Positions 63,803-64,000 of a stretch of DNA of 64,000 bases are shown one piece after another (position 1 is the stretch's first letter; each line of letters opens with the position of its first letter). Made by a program: the position numbers and the translations under genes. Where the stretch lies: positions 132,558,001-132,622,000 of the forward strand of contig NC_058368.1 of assembly GCF_018350175.1 (NCBI RefSeq), written 5' to 3'. Below the pieces are notes generated by a model that had not been told where the DNA came from, did no database searches, and saw nothing but the letters and a program-made list of their open reading frames with translations. Origin of the DNA: Felis catus. Its lineage: Eukaryota.

Positions 63803-64000
63803 CTTGAAATAAATTTGAATAGTGAAAAAGAAAATTAGCAACCTAAAAAAAGAAACAACCTCTTTTTTTCTGGTAGAAATCTGCACTCCGTGCAATCTGT
63901 GGTAATTCAGTATTTATGATCACAGAACATAAGGAAAACTAAATGGTTCAGCTACATAGAGACTTCTGTTTATAGATCAGCTGTTGAAGGAAGACAACTT

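Overview
AT-rich mammalian genomic DNA, almost certainly from a felid, judged from its many tRNA-derived CanSINEs including young SINEC_Fc-type copies. The window holds two convergent genes. TRAPPC13 is on the + strand: coding exons 2-13 at 1548-25275, including an 18-nt microexon and a NAGNAG acceptor, with exon 1 upstream of the window. SGTB is on the - strand: nine coding exons at 63802-29983, with the N-terminal exon beyond the window end. I read all exon boundaries by hand; they are GT-AG and phase-consistent. Exon numbers follow my recollection of the human genes. The introns are full of SINEs, L1/L2/MIR remnants and DNA transposon fossils. Subfamily names are from recognition, not a database search, and repeat ends are approximate. 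The most notable non-genic items are: a 35-nt tailless U2 snRNA retrocopy with a perfect 15-bp TSD; a perfect 3x63-bp tandem triplication; an LTR followed by a tRNA-Arg-like primer-binding site; a doubly truncated L1 ORF2 insertion with a nested young SINE; and crossed poly(A) signals implying that the two genes' 3' ends overlap. I found no convincing evidence of a wholly new biological system.
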